Positions 9,036 to 19,327 of a stretch of DNA of 36,251 bases are shown here, piece after piece. Positions within the stretch are counted from its first letter, which is position 1. Each line of letters opens with the position of its first letter. The DNA comes from an uncultured bacterium. Lineage in GTDB: Bacteria; CAYUVA01. A program made the translations under genes and the position numbers. The notes under the pieces are model-generated. The model made no database searches and was not told the DNA's origin. It saw only the letters and a program-made list of their open reading frames with translations. Location: NCBI GenBank assembly GCA_964448115.1, contig CAYUVA010000045.1, forward strand, positions 1 to 36,251, written 5' to 3'.

Positions 9036-9125
9036 AAAAAAGGAAGGGCTCGCCGCTTGCGACGAGCCCGAGGGTTGGGGTTGGTGGCTCAGGTGATGGA
9101 GGTTCCATTGAGGGTTGAGCCAGAC
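9036..9125 (-). ncRNA. Candidate ~90-nt small RNA with intrinsic terminator
   Basis: Minus strand: 5' hairpin UGGCUCA...UGAGCCA enclosing AUGGA-ACC-UCCAU, C-rich linker CCAACCCCAACCCUC, 10-bp terminator stem GGGCUCGUCG/CGGCGAGCCC, then UUCCUUUUUU. Flanking genes are all on the plus strand. Confidence 0.5.
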
Positions 9126-9419
9126 TATAAACATAAGGGAATTTATGGTCTTTCCATTTTTAGTCATATCCAAATATCGTGCCAAAGAGCCATTGGACAT
9201 AAATGCTTGATATTATTGATGTTTCTTAATCCATGGAATGAAACATGTGCATCTGTTTGCATACCTGGTGGCTTTACAGTCTATGCATTACTTTGCAAAG
9301 CCCGTATTTTAAGGGCTTTCGAGTACTGCATCAGGTTGCATACTTACCAAAAGGAGGGTTTTTTTATTATCTTCGACTATCTGGTAATATATAGATGATC
9401 AGTTCTCCAACTAAATAAG

Positions 9420-12400
9420 ATGCGAGCCTTTGATATCAGGACAGCAGCGATCTTGACCCTGAGCATAATGCTATTGCTCCTATATTCTCTATCAATGGCT
9501 GATGAAAGCCTGTTCAAGAGGGGGTTGAGTCCACGAGACGGAGAGATTGAGCAGGTCGAGCTGCGTACTGAAAACTCCAAGACATTTCTCACCCCCAATG
9601 GCGCCTTCAGGTTAGTCATCGCTCCTTATCCGATACACTATCGCAATGAGCATGGAAAATGGCAGGAGTACTCTTTGGCGATCGATAAGTCCAATTCACC
9701 CACAGAATACCTGGATAGGCTTATGCAAGAGTTTAACCTGCTAAAAACTTTGAATACAGGAGCTTCATTCATATCAGGCGATACCAAGGATGAGATGCAC
9801 CTTGAAAATTACTTCACCAGGGGAAGTGTATGCTATAGAACCTCGGGAAGTCCCACCTACCAGCGTTATCCTGATATGATCGTAGGGAGGATCTACCAGG
9901 GTGGTGGCTTTCATACTTATCGAGCCTTTATCGAGTGGGACATCTCGCCCCTTCCGGATGATGCGATAGTCAATCAGTCCTATGTTGAGGGTGCGGTGGG
10001 CACCTGGGAGCCTGGCGCGCAACTGCCGGGAGCGCTGGTAGCGATAAGGGAGCTGGAGCTTAGACCTCAGTATTCGAGCGATTATGATGTTTACCATGCA
10101 GGTTGGGATACAATGTATCTGACCGACAATGAGATCGGGCTACATCATGAATACTATGGACAGATACTACTTAATGACTATGCTGATGGGTGCCTCCAGG
10201 ATTATCAGTCTCGAGGATACTTCGGTGCAATAGTACAAGAGGAGGGGGATATATGGAATCAGGATCACGGCTGCATATTGATCCCCTATTTTCTGGGTGT
10301 TATTTACACCTTTCCCAATACTCCGACATATACGCCGGGACCGACCTGGACCCCCTCTCAGACCCCGACCGACTGGCCTACTATGTTTCCAAGTATGACC
10401 CCGACCAGGACGCCGACGGGCACTACTACCCTGTTTCCGACCATTACTCCAACGGTAACCAAGACTCCCACCGTAACTGCTAGCTATACTCCATCCTTTA
10501 CTCCAACCGGAACCTTTACCTTTACACCGTCCATAACGCCTACGAGCACTCAAACGCCCACAACATCGCCGACCTCGACCACAGTACCGACCATAACGCC
10601 GACCAGTACCCATACTCCGACTCCGAGCAGCACTCCATCGATGACGCCATCGAACACGGCAACCCCCTCGAACACGCCGACTGGCACCGAAACTCCCACG
10701 GTAACCTCAACGCCGACCAGCACTCCCTCAGGCTGGCCGACCTTCACTCCCACGGACACTCAGCCGACTCCCACAATGACTCCGACCATAACGCCCAGTC
10801 CCTCATCGACTCCTTCGATGACACCATCGATTACCCCAACGCCCTCGCATACGCAAACCCCGACCGAGATACCGACTGCAACCATGACCCCGACTGCCAC
10901 TTTCACTCCGACAATTACTCCCACCAACACGATAACCTTAACCCCCACCAGGAGTCCGACCATAACGCCATCATTCACTCCGACTTTTACAGCAACGCTA
11001 ATTCCGACCAACACTGCCACCATGACTCCGACCAGGAGTCCGACCTTGACGCCAACTTTCACAAGGACGCGCACGCCGACCCGCACGCCGAGTCTGACGC
11101 CGACGGTAACTAGTAGCCAGACACCGACCAATACGCCGACCTATACTGATACGAGAACGCCGACCTTCACAGCCACGCCTACGAGGACACCGACCCGAAC
11201 CCCGACTTCAACCATGACCCCGAGCGCGACATACACCGGCACTCCCACTCCGACGGCGAGCAGCACACCCACCCACTGGCCTTCCTGGACGCCGAGCAAT
11301 ACTCCCACCTTCATACCGACCAGGACGCCAACGCCGACCGATACACGCACGCCGCTACCGACCTCTACATATACAATGGTGCCGACCATCACGCCGACCA
11401 ATACCATGACGCTTACGCCGACCCCGACAGCAACCGCATCGCCATCCTCAACGCCAAGCCAGACCCCGACTGCCAGGCTCACCTCCACACCGACTTTGAC
11501 CTATACCGGGGTTCCCACCTCGACTCCATCTCCAACCCCCTCGGTTACTCCAACCTTCACGCCGAGCTTCACTCCCACGCCGACCGGTACGATGACCCAA
11601 CTGCCCACCCAAACCCCATCGAATACACCTACAGTAACTAATACCCATACTCCGACCCATACTCCAACGGTTACGCCGAGCTACACATTCACTCAGACGC
11701 CGTCGTTCACGCCGACCAATACAGCTCCCTCAGCGACCCCGACGCATAGCCCGACGGTAACCAGCACCCCGTCGGTTACGCCGACAGCGACGCTGACGCC
11801 GACCGGCTGGGCTTCCTTTACCCCCTCCAACACGCCAACCAACACGACCATACCCAGCGCTACCCCAACGAGCTCTTCCACTGCCAGCCCGACCAATACC
11901 AATACACCTACGTTAACGCCGACCAGCACCGAGACCGACCTGCCAACAGCAACCCCGAGCCTGACTCCCACGGTTACCAGCACGCCTACTCAAAGCCCCA
12001 CCGGCAGTCCAACCCCGACCTGGACGCCTAGCGCAACTTACACGGCTCGCCTGACCAGCACTCCTACCTCGACTCCATCAATAACTCCCACCTGGACCGA
12101 GTCTCCCACCCCCACCTCGACAATGACATTCACGCCATCCTCAACGCCGAGCCAGACTGATGTACCGACCATAACTCCCACCAATACTCCCTTGCCCAGT
12201 CATACTCCAACCCACTCCTTCACGGCGACTCCAAGTGCCAGCCCGACTATTACTGCCTCCAGTTCCCCGACAATGACGCCAACCGTTACTCAAACGCCGA
12301 CCCATACATGGACAATAACCCTTACTCCTACGGTAACGCCCACACCGGGTCCGCCGGTGCCGACGATAATCGTGGAGCCTGAATACTCGGCAGGCACCTG

Positions 12401-13424
12401 TAACTTTGTAAAATGGTCAGTTCCGCAAGGCTCAACAGCGGTAGAATTCAAGGCGCATAGCTCCATATACGAGGATTTTCGGACTTATGTCAGCTCACCG
12501 TGGGTTGAGGATCTCCAGTTCCAGTTTTGCGGTCTGATTCATAACCAATTATACTTCTACCGCGTCAAGGCGAGGGATGCCTCCACGCCGGCTCCAATTG
12601 AGAGCGACTGGTCGGAAATTACCTGGTCGATCCAGGACGCACAGCCACCCGGCAGCGCGCTGGACTCAATGCCGCCCGAGATCTTCGGTCGCTATTATGC
12701 GATCACCTTCACAGCCCAAGATGCGCTAAGCGGTTTTGACTATGCTGAGCTTCATTATCAGTACGAGGATCAGCCGTGGGCTTTATACCCATTTTATAGT
12801 CAGGGCTTCCAGTTCGACTTCAATCTAAGTTACACGCCGGGCTACGGTTTTTACCAGTTTTACTCCATCGCATACGATGCAGCGGGGAATAGGGAGGATG
12901 CGCCGGGTTTCGCGGATGCGATGGCGAACTTCAAGCCGAATATCCCGACCGCGACCCCGAGTATAACTGCAACAAGGACTCCCACTCCAACCGGCACAGC
13001 GACCGCAACCTATACCTATCTGCCTACTATTACGCCAACCGCTACCATGACCATTTTGCCAACAGCTACCCCAAGTAACACTGCGACTCCGTCAAATACC
13101 CCCTCGGCGACTCCTACCCAGCGTCCCCTTATTATGGCTGCCGGCTACATGGATACAAAAATATCATCGGTACTGGGGGGCAATCTGACCATCCTTTCTT
13201 ATGCGGTGAAGCCGGATCTTAGCGCCGCTTCGAGGGTCGAGCTTTATATAAATGATAATCCAACCGGCGTGGAGCTGCCCATGGTAGATCCTGCGGGTGT
13301 TTTTTCGATGTCCACAATAGTGCAGGGAGGATTGGCTCCCCGTAATATCCTCTTGCAGATGGCAGCCGGGGGCGAAGGTAGCATACTTAGCCACCTTTGG
13401 CCATATCTCGTCGTCGAGGAATGA
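9420..13424 (+). CDS. Large secreted mucin-like surface protein: WapA/Rhs-type N-segment plus DNRLRE-like domain, ~680-aa Thr/Pro/Ser stalk, FN3/Ig-like domains, C-terminal 'WPYL' domain
   Basis: Signal peptide. [10 protein letters not shown]...PIHY...[21 protein letters not shown]; TPTx repeats aa ~297-976; YFYRVKARD...ESDWS (FN3-like); AQDALSG...[12 protein letters not shown] (Ig-like); ends [11 protein letters not shown]. Confidence 0.8.
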   Translation: MRAFDIRTAAILTLSIMLLLLYSLSMADESLFKRGLSPRDGEIEQVELRTENSKTFLTPNGAFRLVIAPYPIHYRNEHGKWQEYSLAIDKSNSPTEYLDRLMQEFNLLKTLNTGASFISGDTKDEMHLENYFTRGSVCYRTSGSPTYQRYPDMIVGRIYQGGGFHTYRAFIEWDISPLPDDAIVNQSYVEGAVGTWEPGAQLPGALVAIRELELRPQYSSDYDVYHAGWDTMYLTDNEIGLHHEYYGQILLNDYADGCLQDYQSRGYFGAIVQEEGDIWNQDHGCILIPYFLGVIYTFPNTPTYTPGPTWTPSQTPTDWPTMFPSMTPTRTPTGTTTLFPTITPTVTKTPTVTASYTPSFTPTGTFTFTPSITPTSTQTPTTSPTSTTVPTITPTSTHTPTPSSTPSMTPSNTATPSNTPTGTETPTVTSTPTSTPSGWPTFTPTDTQPTPTMTPTITPSPSSTPSMTPSITPTPSHTQTPTEIPTATMTPTATFTPTITPTNTITLTPTRSPTITPSFTPTFTATLIPTNTATMTPTRSPTLTPTFTRTRTPTRTPSLTPTVTSSQTPTNTPTYTDTRTPTFTATPTRTPTRTPTSTMTPSATYTGTPTPTASSTPTHWPSWTPSNTPTFIPTRTPTPTDTRTPLPTSTYTMVPTITPTNTMTLTPTPTATASPSSTPSQTPTARLTSTPTLTYTGVPTSTPSPTPSVTPTFTPSFTPTPTGTMTQLPTQTPSNTPTVTNTHTPTHTPTVTPSYTFTQTPSFTPTNTAPSATPTHSPTVTSTPSVTPTATLTPTGWASFTPSNTPTNTTIPSATPTSSSTASPTNTNTPTLTPTSTETDLPTATPSLTPTVTSTPTQSPTGSPTPTWTPSATYTARLTSTPTSTPSITPTWTESPTPTSTMTFTPSSTPSQTDVPTITPTNTPLPSHTPTHSFTATPSASPTITASSSPTMTPTVTQTPTHTWTITLTPTVTPTPGPPVPTIIVEPEYSAGTCNFVKWSVPQGSTAVEFKAHSSIYEDFRTYVSSPWVEDLQFQFCGLIHNQLYFYRVKARDASTPAPIESDWSEITWSIQDAQPPGSALDSMPPEIFGRYYAITFTAQDALSGFDYAELHYQYEDQPWALYPFYSQGFQFDFNLSYTPGYGFYQFYSIAYDAAGNREDAPGFADAMANFKPNIPTATPSITATRTPTPTGTATATYTYLPTITPTATMTILPTATPSNTATPSNTPSATPTQRPLIMAAGYMDTKISSVLGGNLTILSYAVKPDLSAASRVELYINDNPTGVELPMVDPAGVFSMSTIVQGGLAPRNILLQMAAGGEGSILSHLWPYLVVEE
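10308..12347 (+). repeat. Low-complexity Thr/Pro/Ser coding repeat (TPTx)n
   Basis: About 2 kb of degenerate ACN-CCN-ACN codon repeats, producing VGVGV shadow ORFs on the minus strand. Confidence 0.95.
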
Positions 13425-13518
13425 TGAAGGTCAGATCCCTTGCGAGAAATATCGCCTCTTGACCAGAGTGAGAAAATGAACTATCTAAGCATTGGCTTGA
13501 GGATATTATCTTCTGACG

Positions 13519-14889
13519 ATGCTTTTAGTTCATCCACATCACCTGGAGCCTTATACCATGCCTTCAATGGGCTTAGGCTACCTTGCCGCGTGCCTGGAGC
13601 GCGTCGGGCATCCTGTGGAGATCCTCGACTGCCAGGTGGTGCCTCGTCACCTGGAACGGTTGCTTGAAAAGGCTGCTACCCATGATCAAATAGGCTTTCA
13701 TGTCAATATCTCCACCGCAGCCTCAGCGGTGGCTCAAGCCGAGCTTATCAGACATAATTATCCGCATAAGCGGATCCTGATGGGTGGACCTTATGCCTCA
13801 GCGATAGCCGCACGGCTGATCCCCAGGTGGGCTGATATCGTTGCCATTGGACAAGCAGAGAGGACCATTGCTGAGATCGTGCAAGGCAAAAACCTTAGCG
13901 AGATAGATGGTATCGCATTTTGGGAGAACGACAGGGTTGTTCAAACCAAGCCGAGAGAGCATATAGAAGACCTCGATTCGCTTCCATTTCCTGCTTACCA
14001 CCTGGTGGATCTGCCCAAGTATAGGTTCTTTACGACAAAACGGATCATAGCCACCATGATCACCAGCCGTGGATGTCCCTTCAAATGCATAAACTGCACC
14101 AAGTTCATTCACGGCGATATCATAAGGTATCGAAGCCCCGATAATGTCATGGCTGAGATAGATCGGCTCTACCACCAGTTCGATGTTCGCGAGATCCAAT
14201 TCTGGGATGACAACTTCACGCTTAAAGTAGATAGAGTCAAGGATCTATGCGAGCGCATAATAAAAAGAGGCTATGACTTGAGGTTTGATCTGCTAAACGG
14301 AATTCGTGCTGATATAAATGATTGGGAGATGCTCCAATTGATGGCAAAGGCTGGCTTCAATCAAATTGCCGTGGCAGTTGAGTCAGGATCCCAGGAGGTT
14401 ATAGATAAGCTGGGCAAGAAGCTCGATCTCAGCAAGGTTCAGGATACCTGCCGCCGGATATACAAACTGGGCATGAAGGTCATACTTTATTTCATGATCG
14501 GACTGCCCTTCGAGACCAGGGAAACCTTGCAGCAGACGATCGATTTTTCGCTTAAACTGCCGGCTCACCAGGTTCACTTTTTCATGGTGCAACCTTTCCC
14601 CGGCACCAAGCTGTTTGACATGGTAAACCAGGGCGGGGGAAGGCTATTTAAGGACCTGGTCTTCGGACTGGGGAGCTATCATCGCAAGACCCCGCCCTAC
14701 GAGATGCCCCACCTGAGCGCAGAGGAGGTCAGCAAGCTATACGCCAAGGCGAATCGAAGATTCTATTTAAGACCGATCCAGTTCTATCGCACCTCTCAGA
14801 TGACACTTCAGGACTTATCCATAAGAACCATCCTTGCCGCAGGGATTACACTGACCAACATAATCCTCAAGGGAACCAGGATAACCTAG
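13519..14889 (+). CDS. Cobalamin-binding radical SAM enzyme (class B methyltransferase-like)
   Basis: PSMGLGYLAA and GGPYAS in the B12-binding domain; SRGCPFKCINC; FWDDNFT; ESGSQE; FMIGLPFET; PFPGT. Confidence 0.92.
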   Translation: MLLVHPHHLEPYTMPSMGLGYLAACLERVGHPVEILDCQVVPRHLERLLEKAATHDQIGFHVNISTAASAVAQAELIRHNYPHKRILMGGPYASAIAARLIPRWADIVAIGQAERTIAEIVQGKNLSEIDGIAFWENDRVVQTKPREHIEDLDSLPFPAYHLVDLPKYRFFTTKRIIATMITSRGCPFKCINCTKFIHGDIIRYRSPDNVMAEIDRLYHQFDVREIQFWDDNFTLKVDRVKDLCERIIKRGYDLRFDLLNGIRADINDWEMLQLMAKAGFNQIAVAVESGSQEVIDKLGKKLDLSKVQDTCRRIYKLGMKVILYFMIGLPFETRETLQQTIDFSLKLPAHQVHFFMVQPFPGTKLFDMVNQGGGRLFKDLVFGLGSYHRKTPPYEMPHLSAEEVSKLYAKANRRFYLRPIQFYRTSQMTLQDLSIRTILAAGITLTNIILKGTRIT

Positions 14890-14908
14890 GGATCCTGCCG
14901 ATGGTGAT

Positions 14909-15571
14909 TTAAATCCCCTTTATGCAGGCGATGACATAGTATTGTAGCCAATCCAAGGCTACTACTTCCGCAAAATCGAGGCTTCGATGAAGATCTGCCG
15001 CTTCTCTGATGGTAAGACTAATCCGGTGGGCTTGCCTAAGATCGTTGGCTGCGTCCCTGCCAAGTGATATGTAATACCAGATCCATGATGGGACCAGCTT
15101 GAGAAACGGATAGGCTGCATTGAGCTCCACGGTGATCAGGGTACCTGCTGAGCGTAGAATTCGATGTCCCTCGGCAAGGAAGCGGTATTTATCGCTTATG
15201 CTGTTAAGTACCCCCTTGCTGATAGCCACATCGACACAGTTATCGGGCAGATCTAAGGCATGCAGATCCGATATAACTGTCTCAAGTTTTATGCTTCTTT
15301 CTACAGCATACTGGCGGGCATAATCAAGTAATTCAGCAGAATCATCCACTAATATTACCTTGCAGTTGGGCAACCTTTTAGCAATCTCCATTGCCAAAAA
15401 GCCAGCTTTTCCACCTAAATCGGCAATAACTAGGTCTTCCTTTTTTACGGGGAAATAATCAGAGATCAAGAGCTTTACAAGGGGTTCGATATCATACTTG
15501 ACAGACTTTCTAGCGTTTTGAACATATTTTAGGATCTTTTTATTATCAAAATTATAATTCGTTTTGTTCAT
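14909..15571 (-). CDS. Class I SAM-dependent methyltransferase
   Basis: IADLGGKAG (motif I variant), LVDDS, SDLHALDLPDNCVD, HRILRSAGTL. Confidence 0.85.
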   Translation of the reverse strand: MNKTNYNFDNKKILKYVQNARKSVKYDIEPLVKLLISDYFPVKKEDLVIADLGGKAGFLAMEIAKRLPNCKVILVDDSAELLDYARQYAVERSIKLETVISDLHALDLPDNCVDVAISKGVLNSISDKYRFLAEGHRILRSAGTLITVELNAAYPFLKLVPSWIWYYISLGRDAANDLRQAHRISLTIREAADLHRSLDFAEVVALDWLQYYVIACIKGI

Positions 15572-15668
15572 ATTATTAAAGAAGCTGAGTTTATGAGTTA
15601 TCTGCTAATCCCACATAAACAACTTGCCTTTTCCGTTTGTATCATGGCAATTCATAGCCATTCATAAT

Positions 15669-16847
15669 CTAAAGATTATCCCTTATCCTGCAAGCAGCCT
15701 CCTCGACCTGTTTCAGTGTAGGCACCAGTGCAAAGCGAACGAAGCCTTCGCCAGGATTGACACCACCCTCGCAGACATCCGATATCCATGAGCCAGGGGT
15801 AACCACTATAGCAATCTTGTCTGCAAGAAGCGCCCTGGCAAAGTCTTGGGAGCTAAGGTTATTGGGTGTTTTCTGCCATAGATAGAATGTAGCCGCCGGC
15901 GGGTTTGATTCCATGCCAACCTCTCGCAAGGCAGATACGATAATATCCCTCTTTAGTCCGTAAATTGTCCGCATCTGCTCGATGTGCTCATCATCGTTCA
16001 GTGCCGCGATAGCTGCTGCCTGGATGAAGTTGGGAGTGCCAGAGTCTATATTGGTCTTAAGCTGCTTGAATGCGCTCACTATCCTTTTATCGCCGGCTAC
16101 GAAGCCGACCCGATAGCCAGTCATGTTGTTCCGTTTGCTAAGCGAGTAGAAGGTTATGATCCCCTCGCTTTCCACTTCCAGTATGGAATGGGGTTTCTCA
16201 TCGAAGTATATATCAATATAGCAGCCTTCATCCGCGGCGATGATGATATCATGCTTGTGCGCCCATTTGACAAGTTCGCGGTAATATTTCTTGCTGGCAA
16301 CCACGCCGGTAGGGGAGTTAGGGTAGTTCAGCCAGATAATTTTTGCTTCCTTTGCTACCTGCTCAGGAATGCTCTCAAAATCGATCAGAAAGCCATTTTC
16401 CTCAAGCAGTGGAACGAAATAGGCTTTGCCCCCGGCAAATAGGGTGCCAGTCTTCATCGGCGGATAGCCAGGGGAGGGGATTATCACTGTATCGCCAGGA
16501 TCGATGAATGCCTTGGGGAAGTTGAAGATGGCTTCCTTGGAGCCGATAGTGGAGCAGATCTCTTGGTCCGCATCCAGCGATATGCCGAACCTTCTCTTCA
16601 TCCATTCAGCACAGGCGGTTCGATACTCCTCGCTTCCAATGTAGCTCGGATAGCCTGCGGTTGCGAAGTCATCGACCGCGGTTTTGACTTTGTTACGAAC
16701 CAATTCAGGTGTGGGATCGAGCGGATCGCCCACGCCGAAGTCGATCACCTCGATACATCGTTTCTTGAGTTCAGCCACCAGTTTATCTACCTCTGCAAAG
16801 GCGTATCCCCTCAGGCTGTTTAATCTTTTGGAAGTTCTGATCTCCAT
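15669..16847 (-). CDS. PLP-dependent class I/II aminotransferase, LL-diaminopimelate aminotransferase-like
   Basis: FGVGDP, YPSYIG, IGSKEAI, LNYPNSPTG, SLSKRNNMTGYRVG, KTNIDSG, GEGFVRFAL. Confidence 0.85.
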   Translation of the reverse strand: MEIRTSKRLNSLRGYAFAEVDKLVAELKKRCIEVIDFGVGDPLDPTPELVRNKVKTAVDDFATAGYPSYIGSEEYRTACAEWMKRRFGISLDADQEICSTIGSKEAIFNFPKAFIDPGDTVIIPSPGYPPMKTGTLFAGGKAYFVPLLEENGFLIDFESIPEQVAKEAKIIWLNYPNSPTGVVASKKYYRELVKWAHKHDIIIAADEGCYIDIYFDEKPHSILEVESEGIITFYSLSKRNNMTGYRVGFVAGDKRIVSAFKQLKTNIDSGTPNFIQAAAIAALNDDEHIEQMRTIYGLKRDIIVSALREVGMESNPPAATFYLWQKTPNNLSSQDFARALLADKIAIVVTPGSWISDVCEGGVNPGEGFVRFALVPTLKQVEEAACRIRDNL

Positions 16848-16943
16848 GTCAAATTCGTTCCTTGTTTTTCATTATGCGTTGTAGTGTATTGCTCAAGCCT
16901 TGCGCTGTCAATTATTTAGGTCTGAGGCTTGAGGGTTATTTAA

Positions 16944-16960
16944 TCCCGACAGAGTCGGGA
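16944..16960. repeat. Short palindrome (REP-like hairpin)
   Basis: TCCCGAC-AGA-GTCGGGA in the mnmG-aminotransferase intergenic region. Confidence 0.35.
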
Positions 16961-17028
16961 CGAAGAGGAGAAAAAGAATCACGCAAAGCCTCAAATATGC
17001 AAAGCGGAAAGAAAGAATAGAAAGTGGC

Positions 17029-18915
17029 TCATTCCTTCCTCTCCTTATTCCTTTTCTGAAGATGCACAAGCAGCACGCTGATGGTTGATGGATTTATGCC
17101 CGGAATGCGCCTTGCCTGACCTAGAGTACGAGGCTTGATGCGAGTCAGCTTCTCGATTGCCTCTTGCCTCAAGCCTGCTAGCCCTTCATACCTGAAGTCA
17201 TCGGGGATCGCAATCTTATCCATCCGCTCCATTCGCTCCACCTCCTCCTGTTGCCGTCTTATGTATCCCTCGTACTTGACCTCGATCTCCAACTGCTTAA
17301 TAGCAACCTCAGAGCTTACATCTGGTGTATTAGTCAATCGCCTAATCTTGGAAAAATCGATCTCCGGTCGCTGAAGCAGCTCCTTTAGGCTTAATGGTTT
17401 GCTTATCGGTGAGCTGCCTAGCTCCTTAAGTCCTTTTTGAGTCTCAGCAGTCGGATTCAGCTTGGTATTCTCGATGAATACCCGCAGCGTCTCCAGCTCT
17501 TTAACTTTTCTCTCAAAGCGTTCCTTTCGCTCTTCGCTGACTAGACCCTTTTCTAGCGATATCGACATCAGCCTCAGATGCGCATTATCCTCCCTGAGCA
17601 ACAAACGGTACTCCGCGCGCGAGGGGAACATCCGGTAGGGTTCATCAACACCCTTGGTTACCAGATCATCGATCAGTACACCGATATAAGACTCCGACCT
17701 TTTCAGCACCAGAGGATCATCGCCCCGCAGACTAAGCCCAGCGTTCAAACCTGCCATCAATCCCTGCGCCGCTGCCTCCTCGTACCCGGAGGTACCGTTG
17801 ATTTGACCTGCCAGGTACAAGCCTTTAACCAGCTTGGTTTCCAGCGTCGGATACAACTGGGTCGGGTCAACATAGTCGTACTCAATACCGTACCCAGGAC
17901 GGATAATCTGAGCCTCTTCCAAGCCCTCGATTGTGCGAAGGTACTCGTACTGAACATCCAGCGGAAGGCTGGTCGATAGACCGTTGGGATAATACTCCAG
18001 GGTATCAACACCCTCAGGTTCCAGGAAAATATGGTGTCTCTCCCTTCCCGCAAACTTCACCACCTTGTCCTCGATAGAGGGGCAATACCTGGCGCCGATG
18101 CCGCATATCTTGCCGCTGTATAGCGGGCTTCTGTCAAGGTTGGCACGGATGACCTCATGGGTGCGCTGATTGGTATAGCCATAGTAGCAAGGTAACTGGG
18201 GCAGCTTTACCTCCATTGTATCCAGCGAGAAGAACCATGGCTCATCGTCGCCTGGCTGAGCGGTAAACCTGTCGAAGTCGATGGTCTTTGCGTCCAGACG
18301 GGGTGTGGTGCCGGTCTTTAGCCGCCCCATCTTGAAACCTAGCTTGAGCATCGAATCGGTCAGCTTATTCGAGGGCGGGTCGCCGAACCTCCCAGCAGGG
18401 AAGCTGGTCAAACCTATATGGATCAGCCCGCGCAGGAAGGTGCCGGTGGTGATTATTAGCCTGCGACAGCGATATTCCATATCCGATGAGGTGATCACCG
18501 AGTCAATGCTTCCATCTTTCACATTCATCCTAATCGCCTCATCCTGCTTCACATCTATATTTTCGCTGCACTCGATCGCCCGGCGCTGATGTGAGGCATA
18601 CTGGTGCATATCGTTCTGCGTGCGAGTACCACGAACCGCTGGTCCCTTGCTGCGGTTGAGCACACGAAACTGAATGGCCGTGGCATCGGCTGCCCTCCCC
18701 ATCTCACCCCCAAGCGCATCTATCTCACGCACCAGGCAGCCCTTGCCAAGCCCTCCAACAGCCGGATTACACGACATCTTGCCCATGGTATCGATATTCT
18801 GTGTGAGCAGCAGAACCTCCATTCCCAGGCGAGCGCCAGCCAGGGCAGCTTCCACACCAGCATGTCCCCCGCCTATTACAATGATATCGTATATTTTATC
18901 AAAGGTTATTGGCAT
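17029..18915 (-). CDS. mnmG: tRNA uridine 5-carboxymethylaminomethyl modification enzyme MnmG (GidA)
   Basis: [61 protein letters not shown]. 628 aa. Confidence 0.98.
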   Translation of the reverse strand: MPITFDKIYDIIVIGGGHAGVEAALAGARLGMEVLLLTQNIDTMGKMSCNPAVGGLGKGCLVREIDALGGEMGRAADATAIQFRVLNRSKGPAVRGTRTQNDMHQYASHQRRAIECSENIDVKQDEAIRMNVKDGSIDSVITSSDMEYRCRRLIITTGTFLRGLIHIGLTSFPAGRFGDPPSNKLTDSMLKLGFKMGRLKTGTTPRLDAKTIDFDRFTAQPGDDEPWFFSLDTMEVKLPQLPCYYGYTNQRTHEVIRANLDRSPLYSGKICGIGARYCPSIEDKVVKFAGRERHHIFLEPEGVDTLEYYPNGLSTSLPLDVQYEYLRTIEGLEEAQIIRPGYGIEYDYVDPTQLYPTLETKLVKGLYLAGQINGTSGYEEAAAQGLMAGLNAGLSLRGDDPLVLKRSESYIGVLIDDLVTKGVDEPYRMFPSRAEYRLLLREDNAHLRLMSISLEKGLVSEERKERFERKVKELETLRVFIENTKLNPTAETQKGLKELGSSPISKPLSLKELLQRPEIDFSKIRRLTNTPDVSSEVAIKQLEIEVKYEGYIRRQQEEVERMERMDKIAIPDDFRYEGLAGLRQEAIEKLTRIKPRTLGQARRIPGINPSTISVLLVHLQKRNKERKE

Positions 18916-19327
18916 AGCAGCAATACTTCCTTATGCTTGATTATTTATTGAATAATAAAGCCATTTTCAAATCCGGGAATAAAATTTTCCAGCAATCCTC
19001 GATGAGTCAATCTCCTAATGTCAGAAAAACTATGCAAATTGTCATTTCGAGTTCATCATCGGTTTGCGCCAAGCGCAAAAGGTAATGGCATATTACAAAA
19101 TCGGAGACTACAAGCGTGGCATCTGATACTATGCAACAAATGAGTTCGACCATGCAAAAATTCTTCATTCTAATAAATATCCTAAAACGGAGGAACAACG
19201 AGGTACACGGATGATGAGAAAACAAGCACTAATTTCAACCACTATCATCTGTAGAGGTTAAGCGAAGCCTAGTAATGATCCCCGTGCTCCCTTTTTAACC
19301 AGATGCCTCACCCCTAAGGGTTCACTA

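Noticed and set aside
9012-9398. 128-aa plus-strand ORF, and other short intergenic ORFs (4077..4389, 19007..19225)
   Set aside because: No RBS or recognisable motifs and atypical composition; the first overlaps structured RNA-like hairpins.
9420-10300. Rhs/WapA polymorphic toxin
   Set aside because: Only the N-terminal leader resembles WapA; there are no YD repeats, PxxxxDPxG motif, toxin domain or immunity gene.
10167-11983. Minus-strand ORFs rich in VGVGV (also 7066..7263)
   Set aside because: Antisense shadows of Thr/Pro codons in the plus-strand surface proteins.
13519-15571. RiPP cluster (radical SAM plus methyltransferase)
   Set aside because: No plausible precursor peptide, SPASM/RRE domain, peptidase or dedicated exporter adjacent.
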